From positions 53,611 to 117,610 of the forward strand of contig LURR01000012.1 of the NCBI GenBank assembly GCA_001628485.1: a DNA stretch of 64,000 nucleotides, in the 5' to 3' direction. Source of the stretch: Marine group II euryarchaeote REDSEA-S11_B3N4 (GTDB taxonomy: Archaea; Thermoplasmatota; Poseidoniia; Poseidoniales; Thalassarchaeaceae). The notes beneath the pieces are model-generated. The model did not search any database, was not told the origin of the DNA, and worked only from the letters and a program-made list of their open reading frames with translations. Position 1 is the stretch's first letter. Each line of letters starts with the position of its first letter. This document shows, in pieces, positions 50,625 to 59,741 of this stretch. The translations under genes were made by a program, and so were the position numbers.

Positions 50625-51785
50625 CTAAGGGCACTCTACCATCATCGCTACTGCGTTTCCACCACCAAGACAAACCGTCACAATCCCCCTCTTCGATCCT
50701 CTCCTTCTCATGGCATTAACCAAAGTCATCAGGCACCTAGCTCCAGTAGCCCCGAGTGGGTGCCCGATGGCAATTGCCCCTCCATGCGGGTTGAATGACT
50801 CATCGGGAATTCCTAATGAGCCCCTAATCGCGCATGAAGCTGAAGCGAAAGCCTCGTTATGCTCCAGAATGTCCACATCTTCCAATCCCATACCAGTGAT
50901 TTTCAACAACTTCTTGACAGTAGGTATTGGTGCGGACATCACTCTGCTGGACTCCACTCCGGATGTGGCATAATCCACAATTCTTGCCAAGATCGGCCAT
51001 CCTTCTCTTCTTGCCTTCTCTTCTGAAGCAATCAATACTGCAGAGGCTCCATCCGAGACTTGACTGGCGTTTCCTGCGGTGACTTGACCGTCTTCTGAGA
51101 AAACAGTCCTGAGTGATGATAGAACCTCTTCATTCGTCTCTGGACGAATTCCTTCATCAATAGATAGAGAACCGACAGGAAAAACCTCTTCGCTAATCCA
51201 TCCCTTCTCCCACGCTTCGTTGGCCATGGAGTGTGAGCGGACTGCAAATTTATCAGATTCTTCTCTGGTAATTCCATGCTCCTCTGCTACCGTCTCCCCA
51301 GTATTGCCCATTGACTCTCCAGTGAATGCGTCCTTCAGTCCGTCTCCAATCAGTACAGACTCAAGAGAACCAAAGGGGACGTCTTGTCCTTTGGCTACAT
51401 TCCGAGCAATGTGTGGTGCATTGGTCATTGACTCCATCCCTCCTACAATCACAACTTCTGATACTCCTGCCCTAATCTCTGTGGCAGCAATCATTGCAGC
51501 CTTCAGGCTTGAGCCGCACACTTTGTTGATTGTAGTGCAGGGAGTAGTTACCGGCAACCCCGCTCCTATAGCCACTTGACGAGCCGGTGCCTGCCCGCAT
51601 CCTGCTTGCAGAACTTGGCCCATATACACTTGATCCACCACTCCTCCGGCAGGATCTATTCCCGATCTAATACAGAGTTCCTTTACAGCCATGATGCCCA
51701 GCTCAACAGCACTGAACTGTGAAAGCGAACCCCGAAACTTTCCAACCGGGGTTCGTGCATAAGCACAGATTACTGGGACGGACAT
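50625..51785 (-). CDS. Thiolase (acetyl-CoA C-acyltransferase)
   Basis: INKVCGS, NEAF, GHPLGATG and CLGGG. Confidence 0.95.
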   Translation of the reverse strand: MSVPVICAYARTPVGKFRGSLSQFSAVELGIMAVKELCIRSGIDPAGGVVDQVYMGQVLQAGCGQAPARQVAIGAGLPVTTPCTTINKVCGSSLKAAMIAATEIRAGVSEVVIVGGMESMTNAPHIARNVAKGQDVPFGSLESVLIGDGLKDAFTGESMGNTGETVAEEHGITREESDKFAVRSHSMANEAWEKGWISEEVFPVGSLSIDEGIRPETNEEVLSSLRTVFSEDGQVTAGNASQVSDGASAVLIASEEKARREGWPILARIVDYATSGVESSRVMSAPIPTVKKLLKITGMGLEDVDILEHNEAFASASCAIRGSLGIPDESFNPHGGAIAIGHPLGATGARCLMTLVNAMRRRGSKRGIVTVCLGGGNAVAMMVECP

Positions 51786-51842
51786 GAACCGCCCACTGAC
51801 GACCTAGCCTTCAATGGCACGATGCAATTCCGTCCTCAGGAC

Positions 51843-52976
51843 TCACGAATCGACAGTGTAACCGTAGAATTCTGCATTAACCAGATCCGGTCTATTCTGA
51901 GGTTTAACGAGTATCGTCCTAACTTCCCACAGGTCCTTGAAGATTCGGTATCTGGCTGTGGCATCTAAGTAGTCCACTCCACTTGTCCCACCTGTGCCAG
52001 TCCTCTTTCCAATGATTCTCTCTACCATTCGTGCATGGTCATGCCTCCACTTCGCCATTGACTCCTCCAACTCGACAAACGCGTCGATGAGCTTTCTCGG
52101 CCAGGTCAGAAGTGGCAACTCTCGATATGACTCAATGAAAAGAAGACCTGCTCTAGATCGACTAATCTCCCCATCAGGAATCAAGAAAGACACTGCAGAC
52201 TGATGTGATGAGTCTATTCTTTCTCTCATCCTATCTGCTCCTTCCGTGTCCAAATCGGACATTCTCTCCAAGGCATCTTGCCCCATCTTGAGATGAGATT
52301 CCAGATGCGCCTCCACATAGGCCCTCACCACATCTTTGTCATCATCACCGTCGAAAGAAGAACCCATGATGGGCGTCCGTTCAATCCATTTGATGAGCGA
52401 CTCGAAAAGGGAGGATTTCTGCATCTGCTCTTCTAGCCTTTTCAGCACCTCCTCGTCCTTCCCCCCTCTCTCGGATAGCTTTCTGAATGTCTTAATCGGG
52501 TCCATGCCGAACAATCGGTCTTCCGTTTCAAGACCTAGGAGTGCCTCGAACTCACGCATCTGAAAAGACTCGAACCCCGATGCGGTCCCCAATCCGTCTC
52601 TGAAGGCTAGGAATCCCTGTGGGGTCAGAGTCTCGAGAACCGTCCATTGGTTTGCCATTAGTCGAAAAATCTCAGTTGTCCTCTCCAGGTGACTTACGGC
52701 CCTTGGAATATCATCCTCAGGAACGGGGACCTGATCCAAAATCTCTCTGGTTTCTGAGAGTTCCCGAATTATTTGCTTGAACCAGAGCTCGAAAGTCTGG
52801 TGAACGATGATGAAGTGCATCTCATCTGCAGAAATTCCCCTTTCGTCTCCTTGCAGTTCCAGTAACTCGTGAAGCCTTAGGTAGTCCCCGTATGTCCAGT
52901 TACCGGACTCTCCGTTTCCGCCCATGGCCTCGCATGAGGCAGTCCACTTGAAGCGTTGCCGCTGAATTAGAACCAC
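51843..52976 (-). CDS. kynA: Tryptophan 2,3-dioxygenase
   Basis: YGDYL.L..LL, DEMHFIIVHQTFELWFK, ASGFESFQ, WRHDH and GTGGTSG. The likely start is ATG 52925. Confidence 0.92.
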   Translation of the reverse strand: MVLIQRQRFKWTASCEAMGGNGESGNWTYGDYLRLHELLELQGDERGISADEMHFIIVHQTFELWFKQIIRELSETREILDQVPVPEDDIPRAVSHLERTTEIFRLMANQWTVLETLTPQGFLAFRDGLGTASGFESFQMREFEALLGLETEDRLFGMDPIKTFRKLSERGGKDEEVLKRLEEQMQKSSLFESLIKWIERTPIMGSSFDGDDDKDVVRAYVEAHLESHLKMGQDALERMSDLDTEGADRMRERIDSSHQSAVSFLIPDGEISRSRAGLLFIESYRELPLLTWPRKLIDAFVELEESMAKWRHDHARMVERIIGKRTGTGGTSGVDYLDATARYRIFKDLWEVRTILVKPQNRPDLVNAEFYGYTVDS

Positions 52977-53001
52977 TAAAACGCCCGGTTCATTCCGGTG
53001 C

Positions 53002-53610
53002 TTGATGCCTGAGCCAATCGGATGGCCTGATGACCCTCATTCCCCGCCTCCTCTACCTTCCAGCTCATTGATGGTCGAGGACGGGCTAGAATTGCTTGCT
53101 CCAATTGAGGGAGACGCCAGAGAACTCTTCGTTACTGTCGATGAGAATCGAGAATATCTCAGGGAGTGGCTTCCATGGCTGGATGACGTCAATTCAGTGG
53201 ATGACGAGTTAGCGATGATTCGTCGGATAAGAGATGACAAGAACTTCAACTGGATTTACTTGATTCGTAAATACGGCGAACTCGTCGGCGTAGTCAGTCT
53301 AAATTGGGTAGACTGGGACAATAGGAGCTTCGGATTGGGATATTGGGTTTCCGAGTCCTCATCTGGCAGGGGAATCATTACCAAGTCATGCAGGAGGGTC
53401 ATAGAACACTGCTTTGTTGATTTGAAACTACACAGATCGGTTATCGAGGTTGCAGTTGACAATCATCCTAGTCGAGCAGTAGCAGAGAGGCTGGGTTTGC
53501 GCTTGGAGGGAATTTCAAAGGACAGAGAATGGTTGTATGATCGCTTCACTGACTCCGTAATGTTCGCAATCACTGCGCCAGAGTGGAATGTCCAGTCAGG
53601 GGCTAATTAG
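53002..53610 (+). CDS. RimJ/RimL-type GNAT acetyltransferase
   Basis: NREYLREWLPW, GYWV...GRGI and N..SRAVAERLG..LEG. Confidence 0.9.
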   Translation: MMPEPIGWPDDPHSPPPLPSSSLMVEDGLELLAPIEGDARELFVTVDENREYLREWLPWLDDVNSVDDELAMIRRIRDDKNFNWIYLIRKYGELVGVVSLNWVDWDNRSFGLGYWVSESSSGRGIITKSCRRVIEHCFVDLKLHRSVIEVAVDNHPSRAVAERLGLRLEGISKDREWLYDRFTDSVMFAITAPEWNVQSGAN

Positions 53611-55737
53611 CCCGTTATCGTCTACTGAACAGCCCCCTGGCGGAAGACAGGACAGTACATCCTCCTGGGATAGCCCTGTTGATTTGGAGATTTTATTCGC
53701 CACTGCTTCCTTTTTCTCTCTCCCCGGAGATATTCTGGCCCATCTTTCGCAGATTTCTGAGATGGTACTTGGAACTCCTGAAACCGGCATCGGGACTCCA
53801 TTCACTACGGCCAGGCCTATTGCTACCTCAAGGGGGACGTCTTTGTGCCAGCTCCTCTCACCCCTTACAACGAACGACCCTCTTGCCAATGACTCCCCAG
53901 TCTCCGTGGTTTTGGAAACCTGGCTGGATCTGGCATGGAATGCAGTTGCTGCAGCTCCACCGCTCCCCCATGCTCTAGACCAGCAAACAGCCATTTGAGC
54001 AGCCTCGGAAATCACTGAATCGTCCAATTCGCGCGCGTCATCCAAACCCTCTCCCAGTGTCTGGGAGATTTGCATGGAAGCGACTCCCTTGGGAATGAGC
54101 CCCTCTTGAGAATTGCTTGGAACCAAACCGTCCCTCAGCTTTAGTGAGCACGAGGGAGCACCGTGGAGATCTGCATGGAAGTACAGGTCACTCGCGGAGA
54201 GATGCTTCCTCACTAGCACGTCGTTTCCCTTAGCATCCTTCCCCCCGATAAGCAGGTGCCCACCAGATAGTATTGCCCAGCGATACTTCTCGAACCAGAA
54301 CCTCCTCGCTCTCTTCCTACCTCTGAGCTTCCCCGAAGCAGCTTCCTTCGCAGCCTTCTTGTCTGCAGTTTCCTTCGCCCTCTCGGTCTTCTCAAGTGCT
54401 TCCACAGCTCCCTTGATTTTGTTCTTCTGAGCTCGGGCCTCCTCGAAGTACCTCTGTGCGTTCTGATGTACAGTCTTTGATGCCTCTAGAGTCACACTGG
54501 CACCGGGCTCTCCATCCTCATCCGGAAGGAAGGCTACCACCGTGTGTTTAGCCGGATTCACGCTATCCAGCCACTCAACCTCGTGAGCGATGTCTGCGAT
54601 GTCCAGCCATCCCCTTTCCTCGACGGCATTGTTTAGTTGGGTCAGGATGCTGTCAACATGGCCCCAGTTATCCTGAATAGACTTCCCTAGTTCCTGGGTT
54701 ATCGTGGCCCTCTGATTGAACTTCTCAATTGCCTTCCTCTGCTGAGATGCTCTCCTCGAAAGCTTGGAACTCTCGTCCTCTGCTCTATCGCCCGCTTCTA
54801 CTAGCTTCTCTTCTTCCCTTCGAATGAATGCTGCAGCGTCATGTGAGCCGAATATGAAGTCGTATGCATCTGACAACCTAGTAGTCGACTCCCTCATACT
54901 TTCATCCATCGAGGGTAGTTCTATTGGAGAGAATTCGATTATTCCAGCCGCTGCTGAGTCTCTATCTGACTCGTTCTCTGCTGAGTTCCATGCATCCTTT
55001 GACTCATGGTCGGATAGCCAGATGTTACCTCCCTCTCCCTGATCCAGATTATCGAGCATCTCGGAGAGAGCGATGTTCAGTGAAGACTTCTGTTGCTCAG
55101 TAAGGGAATTGGACCCCGAATCCTCGTCAATTCCAGCTATTGAGCATACTGCACTTCCATAGATTCTTCCAAGATTCACTCTCGACGCAAGGGTCCTAAT
55201 CAAGGCATGATCGCTGCTCGAAAGGATCTCGTTCAGGGACTCTCCCGAGAGCTCCCTTGGATCTATTGCCTCCGGAGGGGGCGCGTAAGCCACGCCCTTC
55301 TTTAGAGACCGACTGGCATACTTGGCATGAGTCAGGGGTCTGATGATCACGCCTTCCTGATCTAGAAGGAGTACGTTGCCATCTCGGAATAACTCGATAA
55401 TTAGACTCAATCGTCCTCCTCCATGCTCGAAGTCCATCTGAATCACCCTATCGAATCCAAATTGCCTGACCCCGACCAACCTGGAGTTGTTCAGATGCTT
55501 CCTCAGGATCATTGCAAATTGGGAAGGCTGCGTGGGCATCGGCCTATCTCGATTCGAGCAGTAAGCCCTGAGCCCCCTTACGATAACTAGGTCAGTAGAT
55601 GGCATTCCCTTCCGGTTCAGCCTGACTACAATCTGCTCGTAGTGCGGCTGGTATGACTTTCTGACCCTCGCTCCGACCATTTCGGACAGTTCTCGCACAA
55701 TGCGTGCGATTTCGAACGAAGACGACTGTTCTCGCAT
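53596..55737 (-). CDS. rqcH: Ribosome quality-control factor Rqc2/NEMF (NFACT)
   Basis: FAMILRKHL, FDRV, ELFRDGN, NAQRYFE, WFEKYRW, GGKDAKGN, FHADLHGA and GSFVVRGER. Confidence 0.92.
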   Translation of the reverse strand: MREQSSSFEIARIVRELSEMVGARVRKSYQPHYEQIVVRLNRKGMPSTDLVIVRGLRAYCSNRDRPMPTQPSQFAMILRKHLNNSRLVGVRQFGFDRVIQMDFEHGGGRLSLIIELFRDGNVLLLDQEGVIIRPLTHAKYASRSLKKGVAYAPPPEAIDPRELSGESLNEILSSSDHALIRTLASRVNLGRIYGSAVCSIAGIDEDSGSNSLTEQQKSSLNIALSEMLDNLDQGEGGNIWLSDHESKDAWNSAENESDRDSAAAGIIEFSPIELPSMDESMRESTTRLSDAYDFIFGSHDAAAFIRREEEKLVEAGDRAEDESSKLSRRASQQRKAIEKFNQRATITQELGKSIQDNWGHVDSILTQLNNAVEERGWLDIADIAHEVEWLDSVNPAKHTVVAFLPDEDGEPGASVTLEASKTVHQNAQRYFEEARAQKNKIKGAVEALEKTERAKETADKKAAKEAASGKLRGRKRARRFWFEKYRWAILSGGHLLIGGKDAKGNDVLVRKHLSASDLYFHADLHGAPSCSLKLRDGLVPSNSQEGLIPKGVASMQISQTLGEGLDDARELDDSVISEAAQMAVCWSRAWGSGGAAATAFHARSSQVSKTTETGESLARGSFVVRGERSWHKDVPLEVAIGLAVVNGVPMPVSGVPSTISEICERWARISPGREKKEAVANKISKSTGLSQEDVLSCLPPGGCSVDDNGLISP

Positions 55738-55798
55738 GTTACTCGATACCGCCCGGACCGGCCCCCTTCATCAGGCAATCGATGGAAGAAGTGGCGAT

Positions 55799-56710
55799 TC
55801 ACTCTAACGAAGAATGGAAGTTTTGTATCTCTTGGAGGACTTCTGACTCATGTGCATACTGGTTTGAGGGGACCTCTATCATCTCGCAATTTGGAATCGA
55901 GTCAGCGATCCTCTGTACCTTGCTGAAGTCGTGTAGGGTGTCTGAACTGGCAGTCATCACAGCGCATGGAATCTCTATCCCAGAGAGATCCTCGGGCAGG
56001 CTGTATTTCAGGTTCCATCTCGCTGAAAGCAGCATCCTAGGCACGTCCTGGGCCAGTAGTGCCCTGCGATAACGTACCTTCTGTCCCTCCTCCTTAGTCC
56101 GCTTGTCTACTACCCAGGCTACGAAGCCCACCATCTTCCTGAATGCAAACATGGGGAGGGGGGAGTAGATTATCGCTCGGGACCACAGTGGGAATTTGAA
56201 ATCGGTGTTCGGAGCCAGCAGCACAGAGCTCCTGCCACCCAACTCGCCTCTCTGATATGCGTCGATTAACAGAGTCGAACCAAGAGAAGAGGAGTACCAG
56301 TCGATACTAGAATGATCGATATCCAGTATCTCTAGGACTGTTGCTATATCCTTGGAGTGCCTTTCTATCGAGAAGTCAGACTTTGAAATCTTCCTGCTGA
56401 TTCTAGAGCTAGCCTTCTCTCTTGTCTCTATGTAGACCAGATGCCTAGTCTTCACCCACTCTGAGACAAGGGGGCGCCATCCCTCGAACATTGAACCCCA
56501 CCCGGGGACCATCACGATTGTTCCATTGGACGAATCGCCCACCCCTTTAGGTTTCCAAATCATTACTCTGATTGAAACCTCTGGCTCTACTGCAAACCAA
56601 TGTTCCTCAGCATTGGCCCCATGCAGTTCAGTAACGCCACTCCAGTACTCATTCACGCACCTCACACCCAGAGATTCAATTTCAATTGTCCGGGCTAACC
56701 TAAATCTCAT
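55799..56710 (-). CDS. Alpha/beta hydrolase
   Basis: VPGWG oxyanion segment, SSSLG nucleophile elbow, Asp in SDTL, His in YAHE. Confidence 0.75.
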   Translation of the reverse strand: MRFRLARTIEIESLGVRCVNEYWSGVTELHGANAEEHWFAVEPEVSIRVMIWKPKGVGDSSNGTIVMVPGWGSMFEGWRPLVSEWVKTRHLVYIETREKASSRISRKISKSDFSIERHSKDIATVLEILDIDHSSIDWYSSSLGSTLLIDAYQRGELGGRSSVLLAPNTDFKFPLWSRAIIYSPLPMFAFRKMVGFVAWVVDKRTKEEGQKVRYRRALLAQDVPRMLLSARWNLKYSLPEDLSGIEIPCAVMTASSDTLHDFSKVQRIADSIPNCEMIEVPSNQYAHESEVLQEIQNFHSSLE

Positions 56711-56713
56711 TCT

Positions 56714-58318
56714 CTATGGTGACATTAATCCATCAGAACCATCGGAACTGTCATCAACCCGAGGGGGGGGATTTTCAGAATGGAAGCGTTCTCCCGTCTT
56801 CCTGACGTCTCCCGTTCGGACCAGTTCATTCAGGTGAGAAAGAGTCTGGTCCTGCGCTAAAGCTGGATTGGCACTGGGCGAGTCAGAGTATGCAGATATT
56901 GCAATATCCGAGAGGTTCGAGCATCCGGATTTGACCGCCTGCAGGACCTTTGCGTGCCTAGCCTTCCTATGCTCGATATACTGTGTGAGCATCCTCTCGG
57001 GGTTTGGAATCAGAGGACCATGACCTGCGAAGAGAGTATGCGGCCTGAGGTCTCTCAGCCTCTCCAGGCCAGAGATGTAGGCCCCCATGTCCCCATCTCT
57101 CGATGGCACCAGTATGGTGCCCACCATCGTGCAGTTGTCCGCTGCCACGACTCCTGGCTCACCAACTAGGCAAATCTGCCCGGGGCAGTGACCTGGAGTC
57201 TCTAGAATCTCCCAGTCCACCCTCCCACTAGGCCCATCAATAGAGATCTTATCGCCCTCCCTTAATTTCCTAGTTTCCTGAATCTCTGGAAGGGCAGACA
57301 GGGTCTCCTCACTCGCCCAAACAGGCGCCTGGTAAATCTGGGAAATCATATCCATGTCCCCTATGTGGTCTTGATGCCTGTGGGTGAAAATAGTGCAAAC
57401 GATATCGCTTCCGTCTCCTAGTATCTCCTCTACCTTGTCCTTCAGAAGCTTGTACCCATCTTCGTCTCTGATTGCCGGATCGATTATCACCCTCTGTCCG
57501 CCCCTCTCTCCTAGAACGAAGCAATTGGTGTGTGTAGACGGAGGAAGGGTCATGGTGGGAATTAGGATGCACTCCACCCCTGGGCCGTATTCGAACCTAT
57601 GAGGGCCTGAGGGGGGGTCGTCGGCCATCACATTACAGGCAGCGATAAGGTCCCTACCTTCCATAGCATCCATCAAGTCCCTGAAGATAGTAAGTATCGG
57701 GGGCGGGAGGTGCAGCTGGTTACTCTCCCAAGCCTCGATTACTTCCTCTGGCCTCCACCATTCGAATCTATCGAATTCGCTTCTTCCTGGCGGGAAGGTC
57801 GCCTCCACCCCCGATTCCCCCAATGCAACGTGGAAGAATGTGTTTTGGAATCTGGTCGGAGACTGTGGCGGGGTTATCCTCTCAGTGATGACCTGACAAT
57901 CGAACTTCTCGATGGAGATATCTCCAGACTCTGCCACCTCTAGCCATCCGGACTTGTCCTTGCAGACGATCCTTCTTATTTCGTCACTCACCTCCATGAA
58001 ACCGCCATTACCATCAGGGGTTACCCCTATCTCTTCCAGCATCTCCCTCAGGAGAGTGAAAACTGACAGTCTATCTCCGGTCCTATCTGCCAACCATTCT
58101 GGATGGGAGTCAGCAGCCTTTCTATCGACTCTGCTAACGCCCCCTCCGGGAAAGGACCAGAGGTCAGGGAAGGCTGGCAGCTCCGGACTCCTGTGCCCCA
58201 GTAGGATCTCATGCCCATCTCCGGAAACCCTACTCAGCATCACCGACGCGGATGGGATGTGAGGCCGGGGCTCTAACTTGGCAATATCTACCCCTTCCGG
58301 TAACTCGTCCACAGCCAC
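56714..58318 (-). CDS. NUDIX + metallo-beta-lactamase (LACTB2-like) fusion protein
   Basis: N-terminal FPGG...REMLEEIG (NUDT19-like). C-terminal THRHQDH, TPGH and AGHG plus a winged-helix-like tail. Confidence 0.85.
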   Translation of the reverse strand: MAVDELPEGVDIAKLEPRPHIPSASVMLSRVSGDGHEILLGHRSPELPAFPDLWSFPGGGVSRVDRKAADSHPEWLADRTGDRLSVFTLLREMLEEIGVTPDGNGGFMEVSDEIRRIVCKDKSGWLEVAESGDISIEKFDCQVITERITPPQSPTRFQNTFFHVALGESGVEATFPPGRSEFDRFEWWRPEEVIEAWESNQLHLPPPILTIFRDLMDAMEGRDLIAACNVMADDPPSGPHRFEYGPGVECILIPTMTLPPSTHTNCFVLGERGGQRVIIDPAIRDEDGYKLLKDKVEEILGDGSDIVCTIFTHRHQDHIGDMDMISQIYQAPVWASEETLSALPEIQETRKLREGDKISIDGPSGRVDWEILETPGHCPGQICLVGEPGVVAADNCTMVGTILVPSRDGDMGAYISGLERLRDLRPHTLFAGHGPLIPNPERMLTQYIEHRKARHAKVLQAVKSGCSNLSDIAISAYSDSPSANPALAQDQTLSHLNELVRTGDVRKTGERFHSENPPPRVDDSSDGSDGLMSP

Positions 58319-58386
58319 TCGAGGGGATTCGGGGCTTCAACCTCGCTACGATAACGATTGAATATGTATGCTGGCCTTCAGAATGC

Positions 58387-58572
58387 ATGGACATCAGGCC
58401 CCCGGAGACTATCGAGGAGGAACTGGAGATAATCTCCCAAGCACTGGAGGCGGGAATAGACCCCTTCCCGCCGAAGAAGGAGCCTACGAGATGGGTCAAA
58501 CTGGCACTGGGATGGTTCATGATCATCATGATGGTCAGCTGGGTATCTCAACTTCTGTTCCAGTATGTTTAG
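58387..58572 (+). CDS. Small single-TM hypothetical protein (61 aa)
   Basis: MDIRPPETIEEELEIISQALEAGIDPFPP followed by a TM helix. TTGAATA lies about 29 bp upstream. Confidence 0.65.
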   Translation: MDIRPPETIEEELEIISQALEAGIDPFPPKKEPTRWVKLALGWFMIIMMVSWVSQLLFQYV

Positions 58573-58577
58573 TGAAG

Positions 58578-58653
58578 TGGTAGTCCCTCCCGGATTCGAA
58601 CCAGGGTCATGGCATCCAGAGTGCCATATGATGGACCGCTACACCAAGGGACT
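58578..58653 (-). tRNA. tRNA-Gln (CUG)
   Basis: Reverse complement AGTCCCT...TGGCA-CTCTGGA-TGCCA...GTTCGAATC...AGGGACT-ACCA. The A1-U72 pair is typical of archaeal tRNA-Gln. Confidence 0.95.
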
Positions 58654-58712
58654 GACGTGGTACGGACTAGGCCCGGATATTTCAAGAAAACCGAGCAATC
58701 CAGTTTTTCAAC

Positions 58713-59741
58713 TCATGACCTGAAGCCTGAGTTTACCTTCTCTAGGCTATCTGGGCTAGGTCGAAGCAGGTCTTCGGTGAGTTCCACCAGTGGTGTTTCA
58801 GAAAGCCCTAGGGTGTCTGTAGCCGTGGGAACGTTATCGTTGTAGTAAAGCAGCCCGGTTACGTGCCTTTCTGCCTTCTCGGACTGGTGAATCGCACTTA
58901 GGGCAGAAACTGCATCTGTGTAGTCATGATCCGCGGCCAGTGTCTCAAGCCTGAGGGTAGAGCCATCGAAGAGACTCACCTCTTGATATTCCCCTTCTGG
59001 AACCTCTACCTCCTCAATTGGGGAGAAGTGAGGGATATAATCCAGAATATGCAGGACTTCATCGTTGGCCTTCACGTAGTTGTAGGACTTGTACGACTCG
59101 TCGTTGTTGGCGAAGGTCACGCAGGGAGAGATAACGTCGATGAATGCCATCCCTCTGTGGCTCATGGCTGCTCTGATAAGCGCGGTAAGCTGCTTCTTGC
59201 TTCCAGAGAAGGATCGTGCGACGAAGCTGCAGCCGAGGTTAATTGCCATTGCACAGAGGTCTATCGGTGCCTGTTGATTTGCAACCCCTTTCTTCTTCTT
59301 GGACCCCTTCTCAACGGTGGCGCTGTATTGTCCCTTGGTAAGGCCGTAGACCCCGTTGTTCTCGACGATGTAAACCATGTCCAGGTTCCTCCTGATGGCA
59401 TGTACGAACTGACCGATTCCAATGCTCGCCGTGTCGCCGTCGCCGGAGACTGCTAGGAAGCTCAGGTCCTTGTTTACCAAGTTCGCCCCAGTGGTTACAG
59501 AGGGCATCCTGCCATGGACTGTGTTGAAGCCATGGCTCTTCCCCAGAAAGTACGCTGGAGTCTTCGAGGAGCACCCTATCCCGCTCATCTTCGCGATCTT
59601 CTCGGGCTGGATTCCGTTCTCCCATGCCGCTTGGATAATGTTGTTCGAAATCTGGTCATGCCCGCAACCGGGGCAGAGCGAGGACTTACCTCCGGTGTAT
59701 TCGGATTTCTCAAGTTCGAGGACGTTAAGCTTCAGCATCAT
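58713..59741 (-). CDS. korB: 2-oxoacid:ferredoxin oxidoreductase beta subunit
   Basis: LCPGCGH, SGIGCSS, SGDGD...NNGVYGLTKGQ (TPP binding) and SPC. Confidence 0.93.
   Translation of the reverse strand: MMLKLNVLELEKSEYTGGKSSLCPGCGHDQISNNIIQAAWENGIQPEKIAKMSGIGCSSKTPAYFLGKSHGFNTVHGRMPSVTTGANLVNKDLSFLAVSGDGDTASIGIGQFVHAIRRNLDMVYIVENNGVYGLTKGQYSATVEKGSKKKKGVANQQAPIDLCAMAINLGCSFVARSFSGSKKQLTALIRAAMSHRGMAFIDVISPCVTFANNDESYKSYNYVKANDEVLHILDYIPHFSPIEEVEVPEGEYQEVSLFDGSTLRLETLAADHDYTDAVSALSAIHQSEKAERHVTGLLYYNDNVPTATDTLGLSETPLVELTEDLLRPSPDSLEKVNSGFRS

Noticed and set aside
14546-55737. Cdc48 and Rqc2 as a clustered ribosome quality-control system
   Set aside because: They are about 37 kb apart with unrelated genes between them, so there is no linkage evidence.
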